Shown one piece after another: positions 40,007 through 56,247 of a DNA stretch of 64,000 nt. The notes below the pieces were generated by a model. It saw nothing but the letters and a program-made list of their open reading frames with translations, was not told where the DNA came from and did not search any database. The stretch is from Octopus vulgaris. Lineage: Eukaryota. A program made the position numbers and the translations under genes. Within the stretch, counting starts at the first letter, position 1. Each line of letters starts with the position of its first letter. The stretch covers positions 56,048,001-56,112,000 of the forward strand of contig OX597832.1 in assembly GCA_951406725.2 (NCBI GenBank). The letters run 5' to 3'.

Positions 40007-40576
40007 TATAATAATAATCTTTTCAACTCTAGGTACAAGGCCCGAAATTTTGGGGGGAGGGGACCGGTCAATTAGATCGACCACAGTACGCAGCTGGAAC
40101 TTATGCCTTTCATCCTTTCGGACTTTGATGGTGATGATGATGACGATGACGACGAGGACGACGATGATAATGATGATGATGATGACAATGATCATGATGA
40201 TGATCATGCTAACAATGATGGTGATAATGATGATAATGATAATGATAATGATGACGGTCACGATGATGATAATGATGATGATGATGATGATGACGATGGT
40301 AACGATACGACGACGACGACGACGATAACGATGATAATGATGTTGATGATGACGGCAATGATGATGATGACGACGACGACGACGACGACGATGACGAAAA
40401 TCACGATGACGATGATGACGATGATTATGCTACAAAGCTCTCAGCTCAACATCTGTGTTGAAAGCCGACCTCCCACTCAAGCCAGACAGAGATGAGCGGA
40501 GACTAAACCACGGGAGTGTGGCTTCACACCATTGAAACCAATGTAACATCATAACCGTTATTTGCTGCTGTTGTTT

Positions 40577-40659
<83 letters not shown>

Positions 40660-40677
40660 GTTATTATTATTATTATT

Positions 40678-41134
40678 GAGTGAGAGAGCAGTGCATGCCA
40701 TCAAAGTGACACTGGGGTAAAATATACGAAGCCCAATATACCCATCATGACTACCCGTCTGATAAAGGTACACCAGGCACATGCATCACAACCATATGTG
40801 CGCGACATGGTGATCTCATATCAAGATAAACAGCACATGACCTTGCAGGTGGGGCCCAGTTAGAATTTTCTCCAGGTTGAGTAACCCATCCTGCTCAAAA
40901 GGTCCCTGAATAAGGGTTGTTTAAGGATGTTGAAAGAACCACCCATGTTTCCAGAGGTGAATTATTCAAACCCCAAAGAATCCCTCTCAACACATGGCTA
41001 TGATGCTCCCCCACTACTTCTGCTCATGATCAGAGATGCACATATCGTCAGCCACTAAGGGACATGCTCAACTGGTTAAGGTCAAGCAACTGACAAGCAA
41101 ATCTGTGGTATTGAGCAGAATATTTGCTGTAGCC

Positions 41135-41137
<3 letters not shown>
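40678..41137 (-). mobile_element. second, more 5'-truncated copy of the AAT-embedded repeat at 1184-1741
   Basis: Reverse-complement match, with (TTA)n on both sides. Confidence 0.85.
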
Positions 41138-41198
<61 letters not shown>

Positions 41199-41296
41199 GC
41201 TGGTAGAACCGTTAGCACGCCGGGCAAAATGCATTAACGACATTTCACCCGCCATTATGTTCTGAGTTCAAATTCCGCCAAGGTCGACTTTGCCTT

Positions 41297-41360
<64 letters not shown>

Positions 41361-41523
41361 GTTACTGTCGTTGTTGTGTCTTTTATTACCCTGACCCCCT
41401 CCGTTCAACATCGTAAGGAAATGTCAAACGTGCTTTACTTTCAGCTGTTCTATCATTAAGGACCAAGTATTTGTAGAATATGTGGGACATGAATTACTCT
41501 TCCTCCCTCTATCTGTATCTGTC

Positions 41524-41598
<75 letters not shown>

Positions 41599-41659
41599 CT
41601 CTCCTCTCTTTGTTTTCTCGCGTTTGTTTAAATCAAAGCCTATGTTATGCCGGTTATGT

Positions 41660-42431
41660 TTTCTTCTATTTGTTTCATTCATTTGACTGCGGCCATACTG
41701 GAGCACCGCTTTGAAGGGTCTTTAGTCGAACCAATCGACCATAGGACTTATTTTCTTAAAGCTTAGTGCTTATTCTATGGGTCTCTTTTGCCGAACAACT
41801 AAGTTACGGGGGCGTAAACACACCAACATCAGTTGTCAAGCGGTGATGGGATAGGGTCAAACTCAAAGACACAGGTACACAAACACATATACATGCAGTG
41901 GGATTGAACACGGAACCATGTGGGTGGGAAGTAAGCTTCTTACCACACAGTCACGCCTGCGCCTATATGACTTTAACACATAACTTTCAACGGTGTATAG
42001 ACATTTTGCATGATACACAAATGGCGCTTTCATTTTAATGCTACTTAATTTGCACTCATCGAGTTTTTAATCAGCCCAGCAAGGTTTCCGCAATATCAGT
42101 GAATGTAATATTCACTGTTTCCCATGTATATATGTCGAAGTACAAATTGAAAAGCCTCATATAAGGCGCCCGTACACACACACACACACGTGTGTGTGTG
42201 TGTGTATATATATGTGTGTTGGGGGGGGGGAGAAAGGACTCATTTTTAAGTTCTAGTACTTTTTCTATCAATCTCTTTTGCTGAACCGCTAGGATACGGG
42301 GACGTAAACACTCCAACACCAGTTGTCAACACAGATTCAAAGATATCCACACATAGGCATATGTATAATAAACAATTACTATCTCCATTTTTGTCCCCCC
42401 AGCGATGGTGGGGTGACAAACAGACACACAA

Positions 42432-42528
<97 letters not shown>

Positions 42529-42685
42529 GCTTCTTTCAGTTTCCGTCTACCAAATCCACTCACAAGGCTTTGGTCGGCCCGAGTCTATAGTTGAAGACAC
42601 TTGCCCAAGGTGCCACGCAGTGGGACTGAACCCGGAACCATGTGGTTGGGAAGCAAGCTTCTTACCACACAGCCACTCCTGCGCC
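41660..42685 (-). mobile_element. two family-B SINEs (41660-41965 internally deleted; 42240-42685)
   Basis: Both match 5120-5533. Confidence 0.85.
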
Positions 42686-42749
42686 TTATATATAACGCAT
42701 ATATACATATATAATGCATATATGATATAAGTATTCACATATATATAAT

Positions 42750-42794
<45 letters not shown>

Positions 42795-43534
42795 TGTGTA
42801 GATGCTTAGTAGTTGCCCGTCAAAGGCCGAGATGAATCGTTCTAAGACTATTTGCAGTAAAGGATGCTATTCTGTTACGTTATGTAGCATAGTATATATC
42901 GCGTATAACACACGATATCATATACGATATAGCAAATATATCGACCGGCAGAGGGTTAGCACATATATTTTACAATATTTCACAATTGGAAAATTGCTGT
43001 AACATTTCCCCCCTCCCCACCTCCATCCCGCCCTTACCCCATCCACCCCCCGCAAGCTTACACCCAAACCGCTTTTACAAGCCCCCCCACACCTCCCCCT
43101 TTTTTTTCTCATTTTACTACATATATGATAATTTTAGATATGGCGTTTGCTGACCGCTTCTAATCCCCTCCCTCTTCGCCCTCCTTCCTCTCTCTACAAT
43201 TCACTCACCCACCACCACCATCGCCACCACCACCACCACCAACAACAACAACGTTTCCTTCATTCCTCCTCCTCCCTCCTACTCCTCCTCCTCCACAACC
43301 ACCGTCGTTCCCGTTCTTCTCGATATTGTTATTGATTTCTGGTCGATAGCAATCCTTATTTATGTTTTAATTCTCAAGAGCTGTACACATTGTGTGAATA
43401 CATTTACTCGCCTGCTCTTCCTCTCGTCTTCCACAACACACATTGGTGTCGACTCAATTTCAGCTAGCTACCACCACTACCACCACCACCACCACCACCA
43501 CCACTGAACCCCGCCCTCCTACCCTCGTTCTCCC

Positions 43535-43578
<44 letters not shown>

Positions 43579-43679
43579 GCTCTCTCTCGCTCTTTATCTG
43601 TCTTTCCATTACTATTGTGTGCAGGAAAAGTAAGATTTTCCGATTGATAGAATGGAAACATATATATATATGTACGAAA

Positions 43680-43795
43680 CGTGGTAAGGAAGGAGAAGGG
43701 GGGATCTGTGCGTGCGTGTATGTATATATAAAGATGTATATACATATATATAAATATATATATGTAAGTGGTAAGGAGAGTGGGTCTGTGCGTGC

Positions 43796-43841
<46 letters not shown>

Positions 43842-43991
43842 ATGTATGTAAATATATATATACATACATATATATATGTATATATATATGTGTGTGTGTG
43901 TGTGTGATAAGGAGAGGGGGTCTGTGCGTGTATATATATATATTCAAGTATGTATATGGTAAGGAAAGGGGGGTCTGTGCGTGCGTGCGTG

Positions 43992-44000
<9 letters not shown>
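43680..44000. repeat. compound minisatellite: GGTAAGGAGAGGGGG(G/A)TCTGTGCGTG plus a variable (TA/TG)n spacer, x4
   Basis: Units at about 43681, 43768, 43905 and 43957. Confidence 0.8.
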
Positions 44001-44024
<24 letters not shown>

Positions 44025-44168
44025 ATGTATATATATATATATATGACTGTATGTGTATGTGTGTATACATAAATTTATATGTATATGCATTTATATATGC
44101 ATATATATGCATTATATATACATACAGATATGCATATATGTATATATGTATATAAATATGCGTGTATA

Positions 44169-44211
<43 letters not shown>

Positions 44212-44393
44212 GCATGCATGTAGGTATGTGTGTTTGTGTGTGTATAATAGATGTGTGTCTGTGTGTCTGTGTGTGTCCGTATATAATGTTATTTCTTTTC
44301 TTGCTTTCTCAATTTGAAATATATCTGATAACGATATTCGCGTAACAGGAATATACATTCCGAAGAACAAAGAATTCGGTTACCGTACGCTTC

Positions 44394-44424
<31 letters not shown>

Positions 44425-44523
44425 CCCCCTATCATCGCCACCGCCACCACCACCATTGCCGCCGTCATGCCGCGCATTGCAAATGTTTTACCTTTATCAA
44501 TACACGCTTGTTCTCTCTCTCTT

Positions 44524-44605
<82 letters not shown>

Positions 44606-45369
44606 TCTCTCTCTCTCTCCCTCTCACAAATAACAGTTTTGGCGAGCGGTTGGAAACGTGAAAACATATTGATATCCATCGTTACCACCCACTTCCCTCC
44701 GCCGCCAAAGCCAACACCACCACCACCACCACCACCACCACCATCGCAACCACCACCACCACCACCATCGCAGCCACCACCACCACCACGCCACCGCCGG
44801 CAATACTATAAACGTCATGTCTACTCCATCACCCCTCCACCACCACCACCATCGCAGCCACCACCACCACCACACCACCATCGCAGCCACCACCACCACC
44901 ACTACCACCACCATCACCACCATCAGAGCCACCACCACCACCATCGCAACCAACACCACCACCACCACCATCGATCCACCACCATCACCACCATCGCAGC
45001 TACCACCACCACCATCGCAACCACAACCACCACCACCACCACCATTACCATCAGTATTATTTCCACCACATATTTACCACCTCATGTACTTCTTTACCAT
45101 CGCTTTGTCGCCTCTTCGTCACCATCATAATCCCCCCCACCACCACCACCATTAACCCTATCTCTACCATAAATCTACTACCCACACCACCACCATCTCT
45201 CAAGCCAGGTAGCAGTACTAACTCTTACATCTCGTATATTACCACTCCACTATACCTATACTGTTACCCGTACAACAGTCATCAACATCGTCTCTTTTAT
45301 CAATTAACTTACATTCTGCCAACACACCACCACCACTACCACCACTGCCAACACCATCACCCCTACTAC

Positions 45370-45760
45370 CATCCTAACCCACACTCAACTACATCTCTAG
45401 TTTCACTCGACTAACACTCTAGCTCCACTCGACCCTCCCTCAACTAAAACTCAACAACCACTTGACCATACTCGATTACATCTCTAGCCCCACTCAACCC
45501 TCATTCGACTACCACTCAGCCACCACTCAAATACCACTCAACAACCAGTCGGTTAGCCCTCGACTACCACTAAACAAGCACTCGATCATCACGCGACAAC
45601 TCCTCTACCTCTACTCAACCACCACTCGAGTACCAGTCAACAGCCACTCAGCCACCACTCAACAACCAGTCGGCTATCCCTCGACTACCATTCAACAGCC
45701 ACTCGACTAATACTCAGCTGCAAATCGACCACCATTCAACTACCACTGCTCTATTGACTT
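45370..45760. repeat. degenerate 11-bp minisatellite (CCACTCRACTA-like)
   Basis: CACTCGACTA, CACTCAACAA and CACTCAGCCA units recur at about 11-nt spacing. Confidence 0.7.
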
Positions 45761-46440
45761 AAGCATCAACCATACCATTCGAATAATTTCTTCTAGCACT
45801 CTATTACCACTGCACCATCACCAGTACTTCTACCACTGCTCCAGCACTTGTACGACCAGTACTGGTACCAACTCTACCTTCCCTTCACTACCACCACCAC
45901 CACCAGCACCAAAACAACCATTACCACCACCACCACCACCACCACCACCACCAAAACAACCATTACCACCACCACCACCAAAACAACCATTACCACCACC
46001 ACCACCACCAAAACAACCATTACCACCAGTTCCACCACCTCACCAGTACCATCACTACCACTACTCCGAGCCACACTACAATCAACGCGACAACTACCAC
46101 CTCACCACCACCAAAAACAACAACAGCAACAACAACATCGACACCACCACCACCACCACCACCACCACCACCACCACCACCACCACCACTACCACCACCA
46201 CCACCACAGCCATCGATACCATTCTATCATTATTCCACCACGGCCGCCGCCGTCGCCGGTGACACTGCTGCCGCCATGCTGCTGCAGACGTCGCCGCCGC
46301 AAGAAAACGGAAGAGACAAGAAACCGTACATATTATTTGATTTCTATGGAGATTTAGTGTCGACTATAAAAATAATCATCATCGTTATTATTTTTACTGT
46401 TATTGTTGTCGGTATTATCAGCATCGTCATTATTATTATC

Positions 46441-46539
<99 letters not shown>

Positions 46540-46710
46540 GTTATTATTATTATTGGTAAAATCGTTATGACCGTGCAATACATATGTATAACCGTGTAAG
46601 TGTATCTGTATGTGTTAGTGTATGTGTTTGTGTGTATGTGTTTGTGTGTGTGTGTGTGTATTAGAATGGTAAAGAAACAACAGTGTTACGTGGTGAACAC
46701 ACACACACGC

Positions 46711-46741
<31 letters not shown>

Positions 46742-46878
46742 TACAGCCGCACACGCAGACACAAAAACGGATCAGAGACGATGAACATGCAGACTCTCTC
46801 TCTCCCGCTATCTATCTATATATCTATCTATCTATCAATCAATCTATCTATCAATCAATCTATCTATCTATCTATCTA

Positions 46879-46978
46879 NNNNNNNNNNNNNNNNNNNNNN
46901 NNNNNNNNNNNNNNNNNNNNNNNNNNNNNNNNNNNNNNNNNNNNNNNNNNNNNNNNNNNNNNNNNNNNNNNNNNNNNN
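46879..46978. other. assembly gap (100 N) inside a (CTAT)n tract
   Basis: Seen directly. Confidence 1.
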
Positions 46979-47002
46979 ATCAATCAATCTATCTTTCAAT
47001 CA

Positions 47003-47043
<41 letters not shown>

Positions 47044-47117
47044 GTGTCTGTCTGCCTCCATCTCTCTCTCTCTCCTATCTATCTATCTATCTATCTATCT
47101 AACTGTCAATTTATCTG

Positions 47118-47313
<196 letters not shown>

Positions 47314-47740
47314 CCTATCTATTTATCTATCTATATCTCGCTCACACACATACACACAAGTTCCTGGAGTACATTTTCCTCTGGTGAAATTAGTTTTGTT
47401 CAAATTCTCTAATTAAACCATTTTAACATAGACACCAATTTACACAAATACGTCTCACTCTTCGTGTAACAATAAATAAATTTATCTTGGCCCAACAATA
47501 TGTCGTCTTTTAACGTCAGGTGTGTGGATACGGCGTTTGTCGATATAAATTTAATCGTATCATTGGGCTGGCGGGCGGGTTTTCGGTCTTGGCTGCCGTA
47601 CTGGCGACCAGGAGGACGGGCGGATTGTAGTAGTAGTAGTAGTAGTGGTGGTGGTGGTGGTGGTGGTAGTAGTAATGTTGTTGTTGGTGGTGGTGGTGAT
47701 AGTAGTAGTGGTGGTAGCAGTAGTATTAGCGGTAATAAGG

Positions 47741-47794
<54 letters not shown>

Positions 47795-48091
47795 ATAGTG
47801 GTGTTGTGTCTGTGTGTGTTAGTGGTTGGTGTGAAGTTGTAGTGGTGGTGATAGTGAAGATAGTATTGGTCACATGGTATAAGTGGTATTGACGTGATGG
47901 CGGCGGGAATGGTGATGTCGTGAGGAGAGATGGTATTCAAGGTGGTGTAGCGGTTACAGCAGTACTGTGGTAGATACACAAGAAATAAAAGCGATGTTTG
48001 GGTGGTAGTTTAGCATCTATTTGTTGTGTTACAGAGGTGGTTATAAAAAATAAAAGTGATGTTTGGGTGGTAGTTTTGCGCTTATGTAGTT

Positions 48092-49142
48092 GTTAGTTAG
48101 TTAGTTAGTTAGTTAATTTGGCTCAAAAGCAAATAGCAAGGCCATGTAGGGGGACATGGAGTTAAGTACAGGGTGGTGTTCATGTAAAGAGTTCAGGCCA
48201 CTTGAGGTCCAGGGAGGCTTTGAACAAAGCGGTCGTCGGCATCTTCACCATCTCGTCTGGCAGCTTGTTCCACGGATCCGCAACCCGGACAGAGAAAGCT
48301 CCTCTCCTTCGATTGAGATGAAATCGTCGCAGGTAGAGCTTTTCAGAATGACCCCGCAGCCGACGCTCTGGAGCAGGAGTCAAGAACAGCTCTTTCGAGA
48401 GGTTACACTTTCCGCTTATGATGTTGTGGGCGAGAATGAGATCACCACGGCGGCGGCGTTTTTCAAGAGAATAAAGGTCGAGCGTCTTCAGCCTTTCTTC
48501 GTAGGACAAATTTTTGAGACCATGAACCATGCGGGTAGCCAGCTTCTGGACTCTTTCGAGATGCTGTATGTCTTTGAGGAGATAAGGAGAAGAGGCTTGA
48601 ATCCCATACTCCAATATGGGTCTCACCAGCGTGACATAGAGTGGTAGGAATATGGCTGCTGTGAGCATTCCGAATGACCGTCGAATCAAGAACAGAATTC
48701 CGCGTGCTTTGTTGGCAGCATGGACGCACTGGGCCGAAGGCAAAAAGGAGGAATCCACCAGGATACTCAGGTCCTTTACCTGATCGGTCCTCTCCAGCAG
48801 CAGACGACCCGGCTCGAAATCAAGTTGAGTTGCAGGAGTAGAGCCGACAGGCAGATGACAGCACTTTGACACGTTCAGACACAGGTCCCAATCGTTAGAC
48901 CACTTCCAAATTTGGTGGAGGCATCGACGAAGATCCTCTATATTACCGCGAGGAGCGACCAGTTTGATATCGTCGGCAAATAGAAGGGTGTGTTGCGTGA
49001 GGTCGTCGGGCAAGTCATTTATGAAGACTAAGAACAACAAGGGCCCAAGCACTGAACCTTGAGGCACGCCACTGCTCGCACTGGAGACGTCGGACCGCGA
49101 ACCATTAACTTGGACTTGGAAGGAGCGATTTGAGAGGAAGGC
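48092..49142 (-). mobile_element. 5'-truncated CR1-type LINE: reverse transcriptase C-terminal half, short 3' UTR, (CTAA)n tail
   Basis: An uninterrupted ~320 codons with SGVPQGSVLGPLLFLVFINDLP, LLFADDIKL, RRRRGDLI, LRGHSEKL and FSVRVADPWNKLP. Stop at 48180. Confidence 0.95.
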
Positions 49143-49354
49143 AGTGGAGTGGTGATGGTCATACATAGAATACAGGCTATGTATGAGTGGTAGTTTAGCG
49201 GTTCTATTGTGGGGTGCGACCATAGAGTCCCTGGCTTGTTCAGTTTGGCTTCCAGATATCTGGTTTCGAACCTCGTCGGAATCAACGTTTGACCTTTATT
49301 CTTTCAGGGTCCATAAATATACGTCGCAGTCCAATACGGTGACCGATTCTTCTT

Positions 49355-49414
<60 letters not shown>

Positions 49415-49871
49415 CCTCTTGCTTCTTTTACCTCTTCTCCCTCTTTCTTCTTTGTTTTCTTCTCTCTCCACCTTTCTCCTTTTCTCTCTATCGCTCTCTC
49501 TCTCTTTCTATTTCTATTTCTCTTTCTATTTCTCTATCTCTCGTTATTTCTGGAAAAAAACTTTACCTCAGACTACAATACCGAAATGCTTGTACTGAAC
49601 TTTATTTATACAGTGTAGTGTGTTCAGAGAGAGAGAGAGAGAGAAACACAGACAGACAGAGAAAGTGAGAAAGATAAGCAGACAGAGAGATCGAGACTGA
49701 GGCAGACAGACAGAGATTTGACTGCTATAACTAACAAGTCAAACAATTACCTAGAGACTCCCGCCATTGGTTCGTTATGTGTTGAACTTAACAGGAAGGA
49801 GTCACTATAAATTATTTTAATGGCGAGTTTATTCACAAGTGGGTGAAACTGTTCTTCACAGAACCCATTTA

Positions 49872-49973
<102 letters not shown>

Positions 49974-50215
49974 CTATTGTGTCTGGGGAGAGTCATTTTC
50001 TTTTTGTGCTTTGAGAGTCAAAACTATTGAAAAGGTTGCAAGACGCAACGAAAATTTTAGGACGATAAAAAAATTAGAAAAACGTGGAAATTTTACCGGT
50101 GAGTGTGTTACATAATAAGGCACAAAAAGAAAATGACTCTCCCCAGACACAATAGAATATGCTTCAACACACGAACTCATATAAAGAATCTTGCAAACCA
50201 AATCCAAAAACGAGA

Positions 50216-50260
<45 letters not shown>

Positions 50261-50883
50261 GATAATAATAATGATAATAATAATGATAATAATAATGATA
50301 ATAATGATAATAATAATGAGGTCATGTGCTTCTTTTAAGATGGAGAGAGAAAGAGAGGGGAAAAAAGAAAATAATGGAGACGTCAGTAAAGGCAGCCATT
50401 TTGAGGTCGTCTGCGCACCACGTGATCAACTGTTTCTCCTAATTTAGTGATTTCGCAACATCACTTCCGACGATTTTTAACTACGATTAAAGATTTGACA
50501 TATTTATGACTAGAGTTCCGTACCCTTAGTGTCTCTTGCTGGTGGGGCGAGACAACGTGACCGTTGTCTTGTGTCAAACTTTTATGAGGATTTTACGACA
50601 AATTCAAGTTGACACATAGTACATGCATAAATACTTATTTTATGCTTAGACTATGTCAAATACGGCGAGCTGACAGAATCGTTGCCTAGAAGCATTTCTT
50701 CCGCTTCTGTCATGTATTGAGGTCAAATTCTGCCGAAGAAGACTTTGTCTTTCATGCTCTGAAGGTCGGTAAAATATGTACCAGTAGAGCAAATTGCGTC
50801 AATATAATCGATTTCGCCAACATCCCCACACTTAAAATTGCTGGCCTTACACTAAAATAAGAAGTAATGCTTAGAATATATCT

Positions 50884-50967
<84 letters not shown>

Positions 50968-51031
50968 TTAGATATGTGTGTGAGAGAGAGAGAAAGAGAG
51001 AGAGAAACGCGAAACTCTTGTTTCTTCTTGT

Positions 51032-51355
51032 GTGAAGGCACGTAGTTTAATGGTTAGAGTGTTCGGCACACGATTGTAAGGTCGTGAGTTCGATCCTCCG
51101 CGGTGCGTTGTGACCTTGAGCAAGACACTTTATTCCACGCTATTCCCGTACGCTCAGCTGGCAAAAATGAGTTGTACCTGTGAATTCAAAAGGGACCAGC
51201 CATGTCACATTCTGTGTCACGCTGAATCTCCTTGAGAACTGCGCTTATGGTACACGTGTCTGCGGAGTACTCAACCACTCGCACATTAATTTCACGAGCA
51301 AGCTGTTCCGTTGGGCGGATCAACTGGAACACTTTTTGTAACCGACGAGTGTTAG
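51032..51355 (+). mobile_element. full-length family-D SINE
   Basis: Matches 30715-31040. Confidence 0.88.
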
Positions 51356-51359
51356 TTTA

Positions 51360-51412
<53 letters not shown>

Positions 51413-51415
51413 GCT

Positions 51416-51455
<40 letters not shown>

Positions 51456-51466
51456 CTTTATTATTA

Positions 51467-52751
<1,285 letters not shown>

Positions 52752-54619
52752 TTGATGATGATGTTGTTGTTGTTGTTGTACATCTATCTGTGGATAATTG
52801 GTGAATAATTTCAAAGTAACATTTGTTATATTTAACGGAGAGATTGACGAAGAAGGAAAAGAAAAAAAAACGAAAAATAAAAACAAAACGAAAAAAAATA
52901 ACGTTGACTGGAATATTGTTCACATGACAAAGAATATAGATCTAAGAATCATGAAGACGTCTGTCTCTTCTTTTATGAGTGTGTGTGTGGGGGGTGTCTT
53001 TTGCTTTCTAAATTCACTGCCATTCTTCAGCTTTTTACTCTGTCGAACGCGTTCGATGTCAAAGTGATGGGCCTATCCTTTCTGCAACGCTGATGGATAT
53101 ATAATGGATTGTGGAGGAGTTGTCACAAACGTACGGTGGGTGCCTTATACAGTTTGGTCGGTGTGAGATTTATCTGCTGTTTGTGTGGCGGTGACAAAAC
53201 AAATGCTTTTAACTTATTTATTATGTTTCCTGTTTATGGGAATCTCCATCAACGTTGAAAGTGACTCACCATCGTACATACTACGTACGACGTGCTAGGG
53301 CTGTTATGAACAACAGTTAACAATGACGCTATTATTAAAGATTGAGCAACATTTAATGTTGGTCGATGTTTTCCATAATGGCGTCATGTCTACGTTTCTT
53401 AAGCAAGCACGAGCAATAAGAGGAGGAAAAAAATAGGTGGCAGACAGGGGAAAGAATGAGAAAGATTGGATGTAATAAAGAGGAGAAGAAGAAGGAAAAT
53501 GGAGATAATAGTAGTAGAAGTAGGAAATGTGTAGAAAAGTGGGGAAGGAAGTAGTATGAATGAATAAGTAGAATGGAATAAGAGAAGGAGACAGGAGTGG
53601 AAAACGTGTTAGCGACGTCTATCGTCTGTTGATTGAATAAACTTGTAGATTATCAAAGAAGAACATTTGGTACAAAAATCTAACTATTATAATGAAAGGG
53701 TATTAGTTTCTTATGGAATGGTTGCTTTGAGCAATATTTCTGTCTCTACAGTTTATCGCATTCCCGCGTTGTCGGTTCCTGGAGACTCGACGTCCCAATA
53801 TTCTCTGACTTCAAAGAAAACAAAAAAAAAAAAAGAAAAAAATGAAGAAAAAAGCCAGAAAAACAAATTCGTTGCATATAAAAGCAAATATTGTTTGTAT
53901 TATTTTTAGATTTTTATCGATAATTCGACTCGTTTGTCAGATCAATTTATTAATGAAAGAAAGTCTTCGACGACTAAGCTTTGTTTCAGTAACAAAAACA
54001 AAAAAACACAAAAAAAAACAAACAAAAAAATGGAAGAAGAAAATGGAGAAATGTAAGACAAGTAGCGAATCGAGGAAAACACTTTCACATTTACTCTGAA
54101 CATTTGTTGTAACTCGGTTATTTCCGATCTGGCACCAGCGTGTCCTTAATAAATATTATTTTCCAAGCAAAGCTGTTGTTTACAACTTCAGCATGCTTCA
54201 TCAGTTTTCCCCTCTATTATACGGAGGTTTCTATTTTATCTATCGACATCTACGTGACCAAAGTAGAAAGGTTCTTTTCATAAGTAATTCGCCATATTTG
54301 CTGTAATCGGGCTGGAAATGCGGCAGACGATAGAGGTAACCGCGTATATCATTGCCATATAAGACTTTTACGCATTTGTACTCTTATTTTCGTATTTTTA
54401 AAGCTGTCTTGGTATTTGGGTTGCGGTCATGCTGGAGCAACGTTGTTTTAGCCGATAACTCCCTGTAACTTATTACAATAGGCTGTTATTTATTGTTATT
54501 GATCTTTGTTATTCGTATGAATTACTAAGTTAAGTCACATAAAGAGAACCGGTTTTTTGCTTCGACCGATGTAAACTTAACTTCGACTCGGCACCTACAC
54601 ATATATACTCCTGAGTTCC

Positions 54620-54719
54620 ATACATACACACACAAGTGCACGCACACATGCATACATACATACATGCATGAATGTATACATACAAGTCTGTATGCACACA
54701 TACACACATATGCATGCAT

Positions 54720-54767
<48 letters not shown>

Positions 54768-54769
54768 GC

Positions 54770-54842
<73 letters not shown>

Positions 54843-55254
54843 TATTTATATATATACGCATACATATGCACAAACATACATACTTACATATATGTATACA
54901 TATACGTATACAAGCATACATATACACGCGCACAAGGGCATATGCATACGTATACACACACATATACGCACGCATACATACACGCAGATATATGAGTATA
55001 CATGCATATGTAAACACACACATACGTATACACTCATATATGCATAAACACATACACAAATACATACATACACACATACACGTACATACGTATATACATA
55101 CACATATGCATGCATACATACACAATTTCACGCACCCACCCATCCATCCATCCATACATACATACATACATACATACATACATACATTTCATACATATAC
55201 ACATGCAAATACATCCATGCATAAATACATACATACATACATGCATACATACAT

Positions 55255-55287
<33 letters not shown>

Positions 55288-55561
55288 TACATACGTACAT
55301 ATAAATACACCCATCCGTCCATAGATCGATCTGTACATACATACATAGATACATACATACACACATGCAAATACATTCACCTATACATACATACATACAT
55401 ACACACATGCAAATACATTCATCTATCCATAGATACATATATATATACATACATACATACACACATGCAAATACATTCATCTATCCATAGATACATACAT
55501 ACATACATACATACATACATACATACATACATACATACATACATACATACATACATACATA
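54620..55561. repeat. (CATA)n/(TA)n tract with a ~50-bp repeated unit near its end
   Basis: CACATGCAAATACAT recurs at about 55200, 55363, 55404 and 55463. Confidence 0.9.
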
Positions 55562-56247
55562 CGACAGTCTTCTGTGCGGTTTCCCATTATCAAATTCCAC
55601 CTACAGCACTTTAGTCAAGCCGAGGTTATATTGTGAAAGACATTTTTCTTCCCAAGGGACTGCGCAGTTTGATCGAACCTGGAATCAAGTGGTTAGAAAG
55701 CAAGCCTTTTAACCAGACGTCCATGCCTCGACTTACTCAACCGGGTATTAGAAAACCTACACAACGTCTATATCGCTGACAGCTAAGTTTCCGATTGTCT
55801 AAATAACAACTAAACTACAATTGACGTGACAATTGTATAAACCCTTCATTTGTAACACGTAAAACGATTTTGAGTTTCCGGATCACTGCAGATATAACAA
55901 TTTGAAGTATATTAATCTTTGAAAGATGAGTTGATGCTGTGATATTAATTGGCTATTGTAGTCTGGTAAAAATCTCTGAGCTTAAAAGCAATGTTTCATC
56001 TCTTGATAACGTAACGTTTCTAATCAGTTATTGGAAATTTTCTCTCTCAGAATTACTCGTTTGTAACTGTAAGCCGCCTTCTGATTCCCAGTCGACACAA
56101 TGTTGAATAGTCACAGAAACAAATTGATCGTACAATTAACAAGATTTTAGATCTAGAGTACAATTAACAATATCTCACGTCAATTAGAATACAATTACAG
56201 TACATTACCTAAAGTACAATTAACTAAAGTATAATTAACATTTGCTC

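Noticed and set aside
46276-46599. Kozak-like GCCGCCATG ORF (MLLQTSPPQENGRDKK…)
   Set aside because: The context arises in a (GCC/GCT)n-like tract and the ORF runs into (ATT)n without a clear splice donor or homology.
49143-49223. N-terminus of the 347-aa RT ORF as a true start
   Set aside because: RT similarity begins at AFLSNRS; the upstream codons look like in-frame flanking DNA of a truncated insertion.
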